In this document: positions 16,319-25,893 of the stretch, one piece after another | How the letters are laid out: each line of letters starts with the position of its first letter | How positions within the stretch are numbered: position 1 is the first letter of the stretch | Assembly (NCBI RefSeq): GCF_036323395.1 | Contig: NZ_AP028907.1 | Coordinates: forward strand, 2,190,001 to 2,222,000 | Reading direction: 5' to 3' | From: Pyrodictium abyssi | GTDB lineage: Archaea > Thermoproteota > Thermoprotei_A > Sulfolobales > Pyrodictiaceae | Length of the DNA stretch: 32,000 bases | Position numbers and translations under genes: made by a program | Notes under the pieces: model-generated | What the model saw: only the letters and a program-made list of their open reading frames with translations | Told to the model about the DNA's origin: nothing | Database searches by the model: none

Positions 16319-17653
16319 TTGGCGTCTCGTAGCCTATACTTCCTAGTAGGCGTCGCAGTCATAGCGGTGCTCGTCGCCGCCTCCTACATGGCTGTACAGG
16401 ATAGGAGCGGGGCAAAGCCAGCAGAGGGACCAGCACCTGCAGCAGCCCCGGCAGCCACGGCTACAACCATGGAGCATGGAGAACACATGGAGGAGAGCAC
16501 CGAGCACACCGGCGCGGCAGCGCATACCGCTACGGCCACCGAGACCCGGCATGAATCCGGGCACATGGCCACAGAGGCCGAGACAGAGGCGGAGAAGGAG
16601 ACCACGACAGCCACCGCCCAGGCGGGCGGCGGGAAGAAGCTAGTGGTCTACGTCTACGAGGACTTCATGGCGTGGGGCGAGGACCCCGAGCTATTCGACA
16701 AGCTCGTGGAGAACTTCACCAGGGAGACCGGGATAGTGGTAGAGCTGCGCCGGTTCGACGGAGCCCGCAACATGGTGACCCAGGTTATAGCCGAGAGCCG
16801 CGCCGGGATGGAGACAGCCGACGTAGTGGTAGGCGTGGACCCGGTGCTCCTCGTTGAGCTGAAGAGCCACGGCCTAGTGGAGTGCTACGCCTCGCCGCTC
16901 GCCGCCCGGGAGCTCGTGGAGGCCCTCGACCCCGAGGGCTGCGCCACCCCCGTGGACTACGGGCTGATAGCGCTGGTCTACGACCCGGGCCGGCTGAACG
17001 AGACCGAGAAGGCCATGTTGAGCGACGGCGTCACACTGGACGAGCTTGTCGCGCTAGCGCCGCGGATAGTGGCCGAGGACCCGACGCAGAGCAGCACGGG
17101 GCTCAACTTCCTCCTCTACACGATAGCTGTCTCCGAGCTGGAGGACCGGGACTGGCGGGACCTATGGCGGGCCATGAGGGATAACGGCCTCATGGTGGCG
17201 CCGAGCTGGGGCGACGCCTACGACGAGTTCTTCCGAGAGGGCAGCCCCAGGGCCATAGTGGTCAGCTACGGCACTGACCCCGCCTATAGCGCCTGGTACA
17301 ACGCCCGAGAGGGCGGAGAGGAGAAGCCCAGCGTGGCCGCGACAGTGCTCACAGCCGGCGGCGAGAAGATAGGCTGGCTACAGGTGGAAGGCGCGGCTAT
17401 AATCAAGGGCGCCCCCATGGAGGAGGCCCGGAGGTTCATCGACTGGCTGCTGAGCCGCGAAGTCCAGGAGGAGATACCGACCAGCCAGTGGATGCTCCCA
17501 GCCAGCAGCGACGCAGGGCTGCCGAGCTTCTACCGCTACGCCCTAAGCGTGGACAGCGTTGATAAGCTCGGGAACACGCTGCTCCCTGGCAGCAGGGTCG
17601 CAGGGGAGCTGGAGAAGTGGCTCCGCGACTGGCTAGGCGTCATGACCGGCTGA
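16319..17653 (+). CDS. ABC transporter substrate-binding protein (thiamine/iron(III)-type family)
   Basis: 444 aa with a TTG start and an N-terminal TM anchor (LYFLVGVAVIAVLVAASYMAV), followed by a His/Glu/Thr/Ala-rich spacer. The mature domain (KKLVVYVYEDFMAWGE...ADVVVGVDPVLLVELKSHGL...SYGTDPAY) is typical of TbpA/FbpA-like binding proteins. Confidence 0.8.
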   Translation: MASRSLYFLVGVAVIAVLVAASYMAVQDRSGAKPAEGPAPAAAPAATATTMEHGEHMEESTEHTGAAAHTATATETRHESGHMATEAETEAEKETTTATAQAGGGKKLVVYVYEDFMAWGEDPELFDKLVENFTRETGIVVELRRFDGARNMVTQVIAESRAGMETADVVVGVDPVLLVELKSHGLVECYASPLAARELVEALDPEGCATPVDYGLIALVYDPGRLNETEKAMLSDGVTLDELVALAPRIVAEDPTQSSTGLNFLLYTIAVSELEDRDWRDLWRAMRDNGLMVAPSWGDAYDEFFREGSPRAIVVSYGTDPAYSAWYNAREGGEEKPSVAATVLTAGGEKIGWLQVEGAAIIKGAPMEEARRFIDWLLSREVQEEIPTSQWMLPASSDAGLPSFYRYALSVDSVDKLGNTLLPGSRVAGELEKWLRDWLGVMTG

Positions 17654-19212
17654 GGCTCCTAGGCGGCCTAGGCCGCGCACTGGAGGCGGCAGCGTGGCTC
17701 GTAGCGCTGCTCTACGCGCTCCCCCTCGCCCTCTCCCTGGCTCTTTTCTGGCCCCCCGGCGGGGCCCCGCCCTTCAGCCTCCCACGGGTCCTAGCCTGGA
17801 CGGCCGGCCAGGCAGCCGCGAGCGCGGCCATCGCCGTGGCCCTGGGCTGGCCCCTGGGCGTGCTCGCCGGGTTCTACAGGCTCCCCACAGCCCGCGCCGC
17901 CGTGGCGGCGAGCCTAGCGCCCTTCATGTCCCCGGTAGCCGCCGTGGCCGTGGGGCTCCGCGCGGTCTACGGCGAGGGGGGCGTGCTCTCCGAGGCCCTG
18001 CCGGGGCTCCGCGTGCTCGCCGAGGGCTGGACAGGGGTGCTGGCGCTGCACAGCTACTTCAACATAGGCCTGGCGGCGGCGATGACCGCCGCGGCCGCCG
18101 GCTCTACCGAGGCGAGCGTGGTCGAGCACGCAAGGCTCCTAGGGCTGCGGGGGCCCCGTCTATGGCTCCGGGTACTCCTGCCCCTCACCCGGCGCGCCGC
18201 GGTCTACGCCTGGGGCGTAGCCTTCCTCTACTCCTTCACGAGCGCCGCGCCGCTCCTCGTCAAGGGCGCCGCCTACCGCTACTACACGCTCGAGGCCTGG
18301 CTCTACACCCTGTACCGCGGGTTCCCGGGGCTCGTCGGGCTCGTCCCCCTGCTGGCCCTCGCCGAGCTGGCCCTGGCCGCGCTGGCGGCGTGGCTGCTGC
18401 TACGGGTCTCCCGTGGCCTCGTCTCGTCGCCGCTAGCCGCCCGGGGCGAGGCGGCGCTAGAGCTGCGCGGCGCCCGGAGACTCCTAGCCCTCGCCTATGT
18501 AGCTGTGCTGCTGGGCTACCTCTACGCGCCCATCGCGGGCCTAGCGCTCCAGGCGCTGGACGCGGACCCCGGGAGGCTCCTAGCCTACGCGGAGAGGGGC
18601 CCCGGGCTCGCCGGAGCCGTGGCTAACAGCCTCCTCTACGCAGCCGCCTCCACAGCGCTAGCCCTAGCCCTAGGGCTCACAGCCGCCGAGGGAGGCCTAG
18701 CCGTGGCCACGCTCTCGCTCATCGCCGTAGCTCCAGTAGCCTACGGCGTCGCCGCCAGCCTCGCCTACTACCGGCCCCTAGCAGGCCTCCTCGGCGGCGT
18801 CGCCGCCTCCAGGCTACTCATACTCCTAGCCCATACAGCCGCCGGGCTTCCCCTAGCCAGCCGGGTCATGGCCGAGGCTTGGGCCCGGCTCCAGCGCGAG
18901 GTCGGCGACACCATGCTCCTCCTCGGGCTCCGCGGAGCCCGGCTCCTCCGCCACCTATTAGCGGCGACCGCGCCCCACACGGTCCTCGCCGCCGGGCTAG
19001 CCACGGCAGCAAGCCTAGGAGAATTCGGCGCAAGCATAGTCGTCTCGATCCCCGACACCTGGAGCCTAACAGTCCTAGTCTACAACATGCTCGGCAGCGG
19101 CCGCCTCTTCCACGAAGCCTGCCTAGCAGCCCTCATCCTAGAAGCAATGAGCCTAGCAGCCATAGGCCTAGCCGCAACAACTGCCAAACACCTAACAAAA
19201 ACCAGAACATAG
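17617..19212 (+). CDS. ABC transporter permease, duplicated (two-module) ThiP/FbpB-like
   Basis: 531 aa and highly hydrophobic, with about 12 predicted helices in two similar halves. It overlaps the binding-protein gene by 37 nt. No ATPase gene follows. Confidence 0.8.
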   Translation: MAPRLARRHDRLRLLGGLGRALEAAAWLVALLYALPLALSLALFWPPGGAPPFSLPRVLAWTAGQAAASAAIAVALGWPLGVLAGFYRLPTARAAVAASLAPFMSPVAAVAVGLRAVYGEGGVLSEALPGLRVLAEGWTGVLALHSYFNIGLAAAMTAAAAGSTEASVVEHARLLGLRGPRLWLRVLLPLTRRAAVYAWGVAFLYSFTSAAPLLVKGAAYRYYTLEAWLYTLYRGFPGLVGLVPLLALAELALAALAAWLLLRVSRGLVSSPLAARGEAALELRGARRLLALAYVAVLLGYLYAPIAGLALQALDADPGRLLAYAERGPGLAGAVANSLLYAAASTALALALGLTAAEGGLAVATLSLIAVAPVAYGVAASLAYYRPLAGLLGGVAASRLLILLAHTAAGLPLASRVMAEAWARLQREVGDTMLLLGLRGARLLRHLLAATAPHTVLAAGLATAASLGEFGASIVVSIPDTWSLTVLVYNMLGSGRLFHEACLAALILEAMSLAAIGLAATTAKHLTKTRT

Positions 19213-19240
19213 CCATGATAGGGCGTTGACTCTTCGGAGC

Positions 19241-19275
19241 CGGAGGTCCCCCGGGTTTAAATCCCGGCGGGCCCG
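19241..19275 (+). other. tRNA 3-prime-half-like remnant
   Basis: CCGGG-TTTAAAT-CCCGG forms a perfect T-arm-like hairpin (19251-19267), followed by a 7-nt acceptor-like CGGGCCC plus G. No complementary 5-prime acceptor strand, D arm or anticodon arm can be folded upstream, so this is not a functional tRNA gene. Confidence 0.3.
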
Positions 19276-19386
19276 TTACACCTCACAGCTTAAGGTACGC
19301 CGGGTGCTGATGGCCTGCATCGTCTAGAAGGCCCTCGTATCCCGGCCTCGCTGGCACGTAGCTCGCAGAAACGGCTCTGACCTAAC

Positions 19387-19785
19387 CTACTCTGGCTCGA
19401 CCAGGGCTTCCTCTCCAGGAGCTTCTACAGCACAAGCCTTACTCATAGACTAGAGTAGAGGAGGCTGGAGAGTAACACCGTTAGCAAGAATCGCTGTGAG
19501 AGCCTCAACCATGGCTAGCCCTAAGCAGCCCGCTAGGCTTCCCTTCCAGGCCCAAGGTACACCGCGTCCACGCTGAGGAACTCCCCGAGGAACCCGCCTA
19601 GGCCCTCTGCAAGACCATCAACAAACCTCTTTCACGGTACTAGCGTGCCCGGCGATCCAGGGACTGTTGGAGTAGCACCGGAGCGCCGGTTGCCGTTCAT
19701 CATGGATGACGGCTAAGCCTCGCTTGCCGCCCTCTCCCTCAAACAGTACTAGGTTCAACCCCTCTAGGTTTAGTAGCGTCTGCAT
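19387..19785 (-). pseudogene. decayed gene of unknown family (multiple frame breaks)
   Basis: Minus-strand pieces in three frames read plausibly as protein: MQTLLNLEGLNLVLFEGEGGKRGLAVIHDERQPALRCYSNSPWIAGHASTVK / RFVDGLAEGLGGFLGEFLSVDAVYLGP / KGSLAGCLGLAMVEALTAILANGVTLQPPLL. None reaches 60 aa. Confidence 0.3.
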
Positions 19786-20297
19786 AGCCGCACACCCTTA
19801 ACCACCGCTCTCCTCCTTACCCTGCTCTGGAGTTCTTGCCTGCTCCCGGTATTTCAGTGAGCCTATGCAACTGCTCATCGTTTAGCCTCACGTAGCCTCT
19901 CTGCTCATGTTGATGCCAGGGTTGATACTGGGATGCTGCTGTGGCTATAGCCTGGTTGGAGGAGCGTGACCGCTGGAGGCTATTAGGCTCCGTATCCCGG
20001 TGGACGCTGTTAGGGAGTTGTTCGGCTATAGGGGGGTTAGCTTGTCTAGGAGTATTGACGGGTGCTGGACAAGTATTCAGAGAAAGTAACTAAGACCTAA
20101 AATATTTAGGATAAAGCTCTTTTAATGGTACTTGGCGTGAGGTCAGCCTTACATGCCTCATTCACGAGGTTGACAACAATTAGATAGTCGCATGCTAGTG
20201 ATCAGAACGCTAACCTAAGCACCAAACACTAACGGCAACAACGAAGATAGAGGTCCATACAGTAACAGTTACCGGGACACCCGCATCAACCCATACA

Positions 20298-20534
20298 GTG
20301 CCGAGAAACACCTACAACTACGAAATTCTAGAGTACTTCCCTATCGATGAAGGACGCTACGCTCTATACATGTTCGTGGACACCATGAATAACATGAGTG
20401 CCACCTACCAAATAACTATACAACAACGAGCCTACACCAGGGCAGGCCTAATCTTCCTGATGACTCTCGCTAAGATAAACGGGTCAGGAAGACCGCTGAA
20501 CTCAGCATTGTACGGGAGACTCAACTCGCCTTGA
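20298..20534 (+). CDS. hypothetical protein (low-GC island)
   Basis: 78-aa ORF with a GTG start and AT-rich composition. No motif recognised. Confidence 0.3.
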   Translation: MPRNTYNYEILEYFPIDEGRYALYMFVDTMNNMSATYQITIQQRAYTRAGLIFLMTLAKINGSGRPLNSALYGRLNSP

Positions 20535-20821
20535 AGCACTAAGACACCATGTACACCGACTACACCTAGTGTTCTTAGGCCTGTTATCCAGCTAGAGTCC
20601 TTGAAGGTCTAGCAAGTACGTAGTTGGCAGCCAACCCTATGGAGTCCTCAAGGCATCCTTGTTCGAAGCTGTAGCTGAGTAGGATATCGACGCGAGGAGT
20701 TCTAGAACTCTAGGGTCTTTGGGATTAGGCAAAGCACAACATACTGCCCCTCCCCCTTTAAGCTCTGCGGTAGGCTATTAGCCTGGAGAGCTACCTAAAG
20801 CAGTCTTGGAGGCGCTCTGTT

Positions 20822-21130
20822 TTGTGCTTCTGGACTCCAGAGATAACAGTTGTGAAAAGGGATGGTAGTAAGGAGCCCTTCATGTACGAGAAGGTCGTCG
20901 TGTCCTGTCTAAAAGCTGGCGCGACGCTGGATGCTGCCCGGAGAATCGCTACAAAGGTGCTTGCTAGGCTTATCTCTGAGAACCGGAAGGAGGTTACTGC
21001 AAAGGAACTCACCCGCTGGATACTAGAGCTGCTTCGCGAGGAGAATGAGGAGTGGTACCGTAACTGGATAGTCTTCGACAGAGCTGTCAAGAGGAGGAGG
21101 ACCGAGGAGGAGCTAAAGTCTCCCCAGTAG
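20822..21130 (+). CDS. ATP-cone domain protein
   Basis: ITVVKRDGSKEPFMYEKVVVSCLKAGATLDAARRIATKV...VTAKELTRWILELL is the ATP-cone pattern (V.KRDG..E.F...K......AG). The protein is about 100 aa and stand-alone. Confidence 0.7.
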   Translation: MCFWTPEITVVKRDGSKEPFMYEKVVVSCLKAGATLDAARRIATKVLARLISENRKEVTAKELTRWILELLREENEEWYRNWIVFDRAVKRRRTEEELKSPQ

Positions 21131-21371
21131 AGCCCATGTTTTTACTCTCCTCCCTCAACAATATCCGTAGGCAATCGATTATAGCCTCCCTGGACAAGGG
21201 CATGCCTATCCTAGACCCCCAACGGCCCTGAGGTATGAATGCTCTTACCGGAGCTTCATCGCAACGGATATCCATGGAGGAGAGTTGCTCCTCGACAACA
21301 TAGCATAGGGTCCGCCTTTTGGCTACTAGCTCTAGGCCAGCATTAGCATCTGTTCGTCTTCACCCATTCAA

Positions 21372-22208
21372 TTATATTAACCATGTCGTAGATCTTTTCT
21401 CGCAGTATTCTACTAGCAGGTCGAAGAGTCGCTTGTACCGCTCGGCTTCTCGCTGGAAGTAGAGGACGTTTTCCAGCCTGGCATTGGCCCTGTCTACGAG
21501 CCCTATTATCTTTGAGAGATAGCCGTCTGGAGCCGAGACGTCTATCACTAGTTCCTCGATATCATGCTCTAGTTCTACGCTGTTTAGCCTTATAAGCCCG
21601 TGTAGCAGCTCGTGGATGGCTAGGTCAAGTACGTGGCTCTCCCCATGGAGATCGTTGACGTAGACTGCGGTGACGGGGTTCTCATCGTCGAAGTAGAGCA
21701 TAGTCCCGAAGGACATGCCGGGCATGGGGTTGAAGCCGTAGACTACGTAGAGCTTCGTAAAGAACCGTTTAAACCCAAATACCTTCTCTATATAGCTGAT
21801 TATCTTGTCTTTCTTTCTCCGGTATAGATTGCTAACTCTTTCGCCTATATCAGCAAAGATTGCCCTAACTTCGCCCCATCTATGTATGCTGATGGCCTTT
21901 AACTCGTTTAGGATAATGTCGACTTCTCTGTCGGAGGTTGATGCTATTCCCGCCAGCTCTGTGAACAGCTTGTTCCACAAGTTGCTTCTCTCGATACAGT
22001 ATGATACGTGGAGTAGCGGCCCAAACAGCTGGCGTAGAGAACATGGGGTATCGACCGGACGGGCGAATATGGGATGTGAATCAAATCGTAAATAGAGGCG
22101 GCCAGGTACGCCTCCTTGCTGACGACGGGTATGAGCTCCATATTCCTGGTTCCTCTCTACTACACGCTGCCTCCGGCAACGTCCTTTGTTCTTATAAAAT
22201 GCTTTCAC
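21372..22208 (-). CDS. HExxH putative zinc metalloprotease-like protein (low-GC); N-terminus uncertain
   Basis: Contains KLYVVYGFNPMPGMSFGTMLYF...LDLAIHELLHGLIR (HExxH). The upstream part of the long ORF is Arg-rich, whereas a second frame from 22141 (MELIPVVSKEAYLAASIYDLIHIPYSPVRSIPHVLYA) looks more protein-like. The gene therefore either starts internally or carries a frameshift near 22035. Confidence 0.55.
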   Translation of the reverse strand: MKAFYKNKGRCRRQRVVERNQEYGAHTRRQQGGVPGRLYLRFDSHPIFARPVDTPCSLRQLFGPLLHVSYCIERSNLWNKLFTELAGIASTSDREVDIILNELKAISIHRWGEVRAIFADIGERVSNLYRRKKDKIISYIEKVFGFKRFFTKLYVVYGFNPMPGMSFGTMLYFDDENPVTAVYVNDLHGESHVLDLAIHELLHGLIRLNSVELEHDIEELVIDVSAPDGYLSKIIGLVDRANARLENVLYFQREAERYKRLFDLLVEYCEKRSTTWLI

Positions 22209-22309
22209 AGCGTACTAGTACCCCACCATGCGGTAGTGTAGTGCTAGGAAGCGTGCGGCGCCAGAGCCCCGGAGCTGGTTGCTGTGAATTGTGCTCGTTG
22301 GGGCTGGCT

Positions 22310-22757
22310 TTACGGGATTGTTCTTAGCCAGGGTATTCTCTTGAAGTCCTCGTCGAAGGTGAGGATAGCGTCTATGCCGTAGTGCCTGCATGTTGATGCT
22401 ATTACTGCGTCGCTTGGTGTCAGTTTGTAGTTCTCCATAATCTCTAGTAGTTGTCTGGGCTCGGCGTAGTCCTGTAGTATGGTTATCCCTAGCTGCTCTA
22501 TGACATCTATTAGTGTCCATAACTTATCCATTGCAAAGTCTAGCCCGTGTACTGTAATGTGCCTCTTTACCCTGTCTAGCCTCCTTAGTCCTAGACGCTC
22601 GAGTGCTAGCCTCCTTATGGATACATAACATTACCTCGTCGATAACACGGATGGAGGTTGCTAGGTCTCTGTGCTGCGTGAGGAGTTGCGCAGCTTTATC
22701 GGAGTACTCGCTTTCAAAGATATAGTAGACCAGCACATTCGAGTCAACAAACTTCAA
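22310..22757 (-). pseudogene. vapC: vapC (PIN) with one frameshift
   Basis: The N-terminal ORF (22524..22757) reads MKFVDSNVLVYYIF...RVIDEVM, then turns to junk. The other frame continues SIRRLALERLGLRRLDRVKRHITVHGLDFAMDKLWTL...LTPSDAVIASTCRHYGIDAILTFDEDFKRIPWL (22310..22531 ORF and upstream). The break is near 22615-22635. Confidence 0.75.
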
Positions 22758-22778
22758 ACCAAGCCACCGCCCCTGCTA

Positions 22779-22994
22779 CTAGAAGCTCTCAAGCTCCGCC
22801 TCAAGGAGCAGCTCGTCGAGCTCCTTCTTCGAAGCCCTGCCCATGAATCCCTTGTATCTCTCGACTATCCTTCTTCTTTCCTCGTCTGTAAGTATAATGG
22901 CTATTAGTATCTCTTCCCCTTCCTGTAGCTGTAGGGGCTCTAGTGGCTTAAGTACGCCCCCCTCATAGCGGGCACGTATAGTTTTCAGAGCCAT
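22779..22994 (-). CDS. vapB: DUF104-family antitoxin
   Basis: MALKTIRARYEGGVLKPLEPLQLQEGEEILI is the DUF104 signature. The gene is intact and lies upstream of the broken vapC. Confidence 0.85.
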   Translation of the reverse strand: MALKTIRARYEGGVLKPLEPLQLQEGEEILIAIILTDEERRRIVERYKGFMGRASKKELDELLLEAELESF

Positions 22995-23299
22995 GCGGGG
23001 TCCCTAAAGTAGTGTACTTACTGAAGTCCTTTTAGCTCTTTAGCTCTTCTATAGACGAGCCAGGCTACCCGGAGCACATGGGGGAAGCCTTATGATAGGC
23101 TTCTACTTTACGGCTCCGCGGGCGTTCTTTAAGACTGCGAGCTAGGGTGTCATGTTCAAGGCTTCTATGCACGATACCACACGGCCATCTAATGGTGCAT
23201 TAATGCTAGGCTTAACGTGTCTTGGCTTGCCGGGTGTAGTGGTATAAGTGGGGTTTAGCGTGTCTCTATTGGCTAGTGGGATGGACGAGTTTGAGTACT

Positions 23300-23790
23300 G
23301 CTGTGAGTATTCCTAGGAGGCTCTACGAGGAGGCGAAGAAGCAGAGCATAGACGTGGAGTCTCGGATTGTTGAGTTCCTGGCTAGGGGCTGAAGCCTAAT
23401 CCTAGGGGTGAGGCTGGTCTGCACCTCGAGCTTGTGGAGATGTATCTCCGGGAAGCACCTCGCTCTTCGAGAAGAGCTACTGTGCAGGCTAGCAAGAAGC
23501 TCTACAAGGTTACTGAGTGAGGAGGTAATCAGGGCTATGGCGGAGGCCCTGGGACTCCGGGGGTCGGAGAGGCCAGGAGAAGGAACGAGTGGACTCTAAG
23601 ACTGCTAGACTCCGCCGCTAGCACGCTCTCAGAAAGGATAGACAGGAGGATATACGACGGGGATCACGCCTACTTCCTACATGTGGAGGGTCTCCATGGA
23701 GCACGCCCGGGCGTAGAGCAGGTGAAGATGCGGGCAAATTACGTGGAAGAGTTCCCTGGAGATAGCCAGGAGAGTAGTATCCGGGAGAAG
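23300..23790 (+). pseudogene. PaREP1-family pseudogene
   Basis: The pieces read SIPRRLYEEAKKQSIDVESRIVEFLARG(TGA) / LKPNPRGEAGLHLELVEMYLREA...VQASKKLYKVTE(TGA) / EEVIRAMAEALGL / EWTLRLLDSAASTLSERIDRRIYDGDHAYFLHVEGLHGARPGVEQVKMRANYVEEF. This is the PaREP1 order of motifs (LYxxA..., hLEL...YLxEA, VQASxKLYK, FLHxEG), broken by in-frame stops and frame changes. Confidence 0.55.
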
Positions 23791-23821
23791 CTAGCCCCCG
23801 CAGGCTACGCCTACACACCCT

Positions 23822-24807
23822 TTGCTCCAAAAGGAGGGCGCCCAGCACCATGCCTTCGGGGCCTGCCTGTTGGCTGTGGAAGTGGTGGATACGCTGCCTT
23901 CCCTCCTCAGCGCCTGCAGGGCCGGGGCGTGCGGTGCTCGTAGGCTGCTGGAGGGCTATGTGGAGCCTAATAGAGGGGTTCTCGCCGGCTACATCGACGA
24001 GCACCTGGACGGCTCGGCGGAGAGGCTAGCGGAGAGGGTCCGGGGTGCGCTGTCCTGGTTCCCTGGTCTCCTAGCCCGTATAGCCGGGGGCGTGGCTCCG
24101 AGGATCGATGCGAGCGTGATAGCATCGAGGGTAGAGGAGGGTGTTTCTGCGCTTTCCCAGCTGCTCGGCGTAGACCCGGGCGGCGTGAGGCTGGTCTTTA
24201 TGGTGACTGGGTTTGACTCCGCGCTCTCGGCCTACGGTGGGACGATATACGTGGGCCTAGAGTGGTTCGTTGAGCCCAGCGCGCTGGGTCTACGGGAGGA
24301 TGATCCGCCTACCCCTGTGCTCTCCCGGCTGTCCCGCGACCCCACCGGCTTCATAGTGTCTAACGCGGTCCATGAGCTGGTCCACATCCTTACCCCGAGG
24401 GTCGCCGGGGATCCGCTTCTTGCGAGGCTCCTCGAGGAGGGCCGGGCCGTCAACATAGCGTGGCTGCTGACCGGGGCCTCGAAGGAAGCCGTGCCCCCTG
24501 GTGTACCACGGGCTCAGCGACTACGCCAAGTGCCTCACAAAAGATGCTCCATGCTCTGCACCGGCACGTAAGGGGGGCGATCTGAGGATACCGGGAGCGT
24601 GCTCTTCACGATACACGAAAGGGCCGGGTCTGCGGGCTAAGGCTCTCCGGCTACTACATGGGCCTCTACCTCGCCCAGCTGCTCCACGACTACTACAACG
24701 GCGGCCTAGCCCGGCTCGCCAAGCTAGACAACACAGCTGATCTAGAAGCACTACTCGTCAACGCATTCCCCGGAGGCGGCCAAGGCCACAGACATGCACA
24801 TGAGTAG
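23822..24807 (+). pseudogene. HExxH putative metalloprotease-like gene, C-terminal part out of frame
   Basis: Frame 2 gives ...VRLVFMVTGFDSALSAYGGTIYVGLEW...SNAVHELVHILTP...EEGRAVNIAWLLTG and stops at 24571. A protein-like continuation (SGYYMGLYLAQLLHDYYNGGLARLAKLDNTADLEALLVNAFPGG, stop 24807) lies in frame 1 from about 24586. The layout parallels the low-GC HExxH gene at 21372..22208. Confidence 0.5.
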
Positions 24808-24927
24808 CATATAGTATGGGAACCATTATATAGCTGTGGGCTAGGTGTACCAGGAGCTGGTGATCTCCCCTGCCGGAGCATGCTAGGAGACTATACCTAG
24901 TACACGGGAGATGCTGTAGAGCCCGGT

Positions 24928-25893
24928 ATGCTTGAGCCGTGCAGTTTCCCCGACGAAGGCGTGCTTCAGCGTTTCCTCGCAGCTAATCCTGATGTCCTCG
25001 GAGACGTCCTCGGTCTCCGCCTCGATGTTTGTGCCGCCGAGGTCTCTCTCCATGGAGGGTTGAGTGCTGACCTTGTATTCTTAGCGCGTGGTGACAGACC
25101 GGCCGTGATTGTTGTGGAAACGAAGCGTGCTGACGCTACCCGTCTGCGCCGCGAGGCTCTGGCTCAGCTCCTAGAGTAGATGGCTCAGATCGCAGAGGAT
25201 CCTGATGGGCCGGCTATGGCATGTCTTGGTAGGAATGCCGCCGAGCAGATAGTGGAGGAAGCCCAGAAAGCAGCGGAAGATGGCCGGATCCACGGCGTCA
25301 TTGTGGCGGAGAAGATGACAGACTACCTAAAGAACGCGCTAGCATATCTTAACGCTAGGCTTCAGGGTACTATGCTCTGGGGCGTAGAGGCTAGGCCTTA
25401 TTGCAGCCGTGGAGGCGGGGAGCCGGTCCTAACTGAGCTAGAGGCTATGGTATCTCCTGCTGATAAGAAGGACGGCACGTTGAAGGCAGTGAGGAGGAAA
25501 TGGAGCTATTCTGAGCTGCGCGAGGTATACGGGAGCATAGAGGACACAGCGCTGCGTGAGAGGCTCCTGGATCTCCTTGAATGAGCTCAGGAGAAGGGCC
25601 TACTGGAAACGTACCCAGCCACAGCGCCAAGATTCCGTATAGGAGGAGTTGTCTCAGTTAACCCCGGAGGAACACTCTACGTGAGGTTCGGGAAGAGCGC
25701 CGAGAAGATCCTGGCCAAGCCTCTGAGACAGCGGCTACTTGAGGGCCTCAAAGAGCTGGGTCTACTGGACACTGACATCACGGACGCAGATAGTCAACGA
25801 GACGGGAAAGGCACAAAGAGCATAGCCGAGCTGAGCGACGAAGAATACGAGAGGCTAAAGGAGCTTCTCGAGGAAACACTGCGGCAAGCGTAA
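24928..25893 (+). pseudogene. NucS-like PD-(D/E)xK nuclease-fold gene interrupted by two in-frame stops
   Basis: Three track ORFs (24928..25179, 25180..25584, 25681..25893) are all in the same frame. They are separated only by TAG (25177-25179) and TGA (25582-25584). The N-terminal part has SADLVFLARGDRPAVIVVETKR...ALAQLLE[TAG]MAQI, a D...ExK core followed by the QLxxY position. The second stop sits in LLDLLE[TGA]AQEKGLLE. Confidence 0.6.

Noticed and set aside
17694-18626. A 310-aa plus-strand ORF inside the permease gene.
   Set aside because: It is an alternative frame of the hydrophobic permease. The product is an Arg/Gly/Pro-rich artefact.
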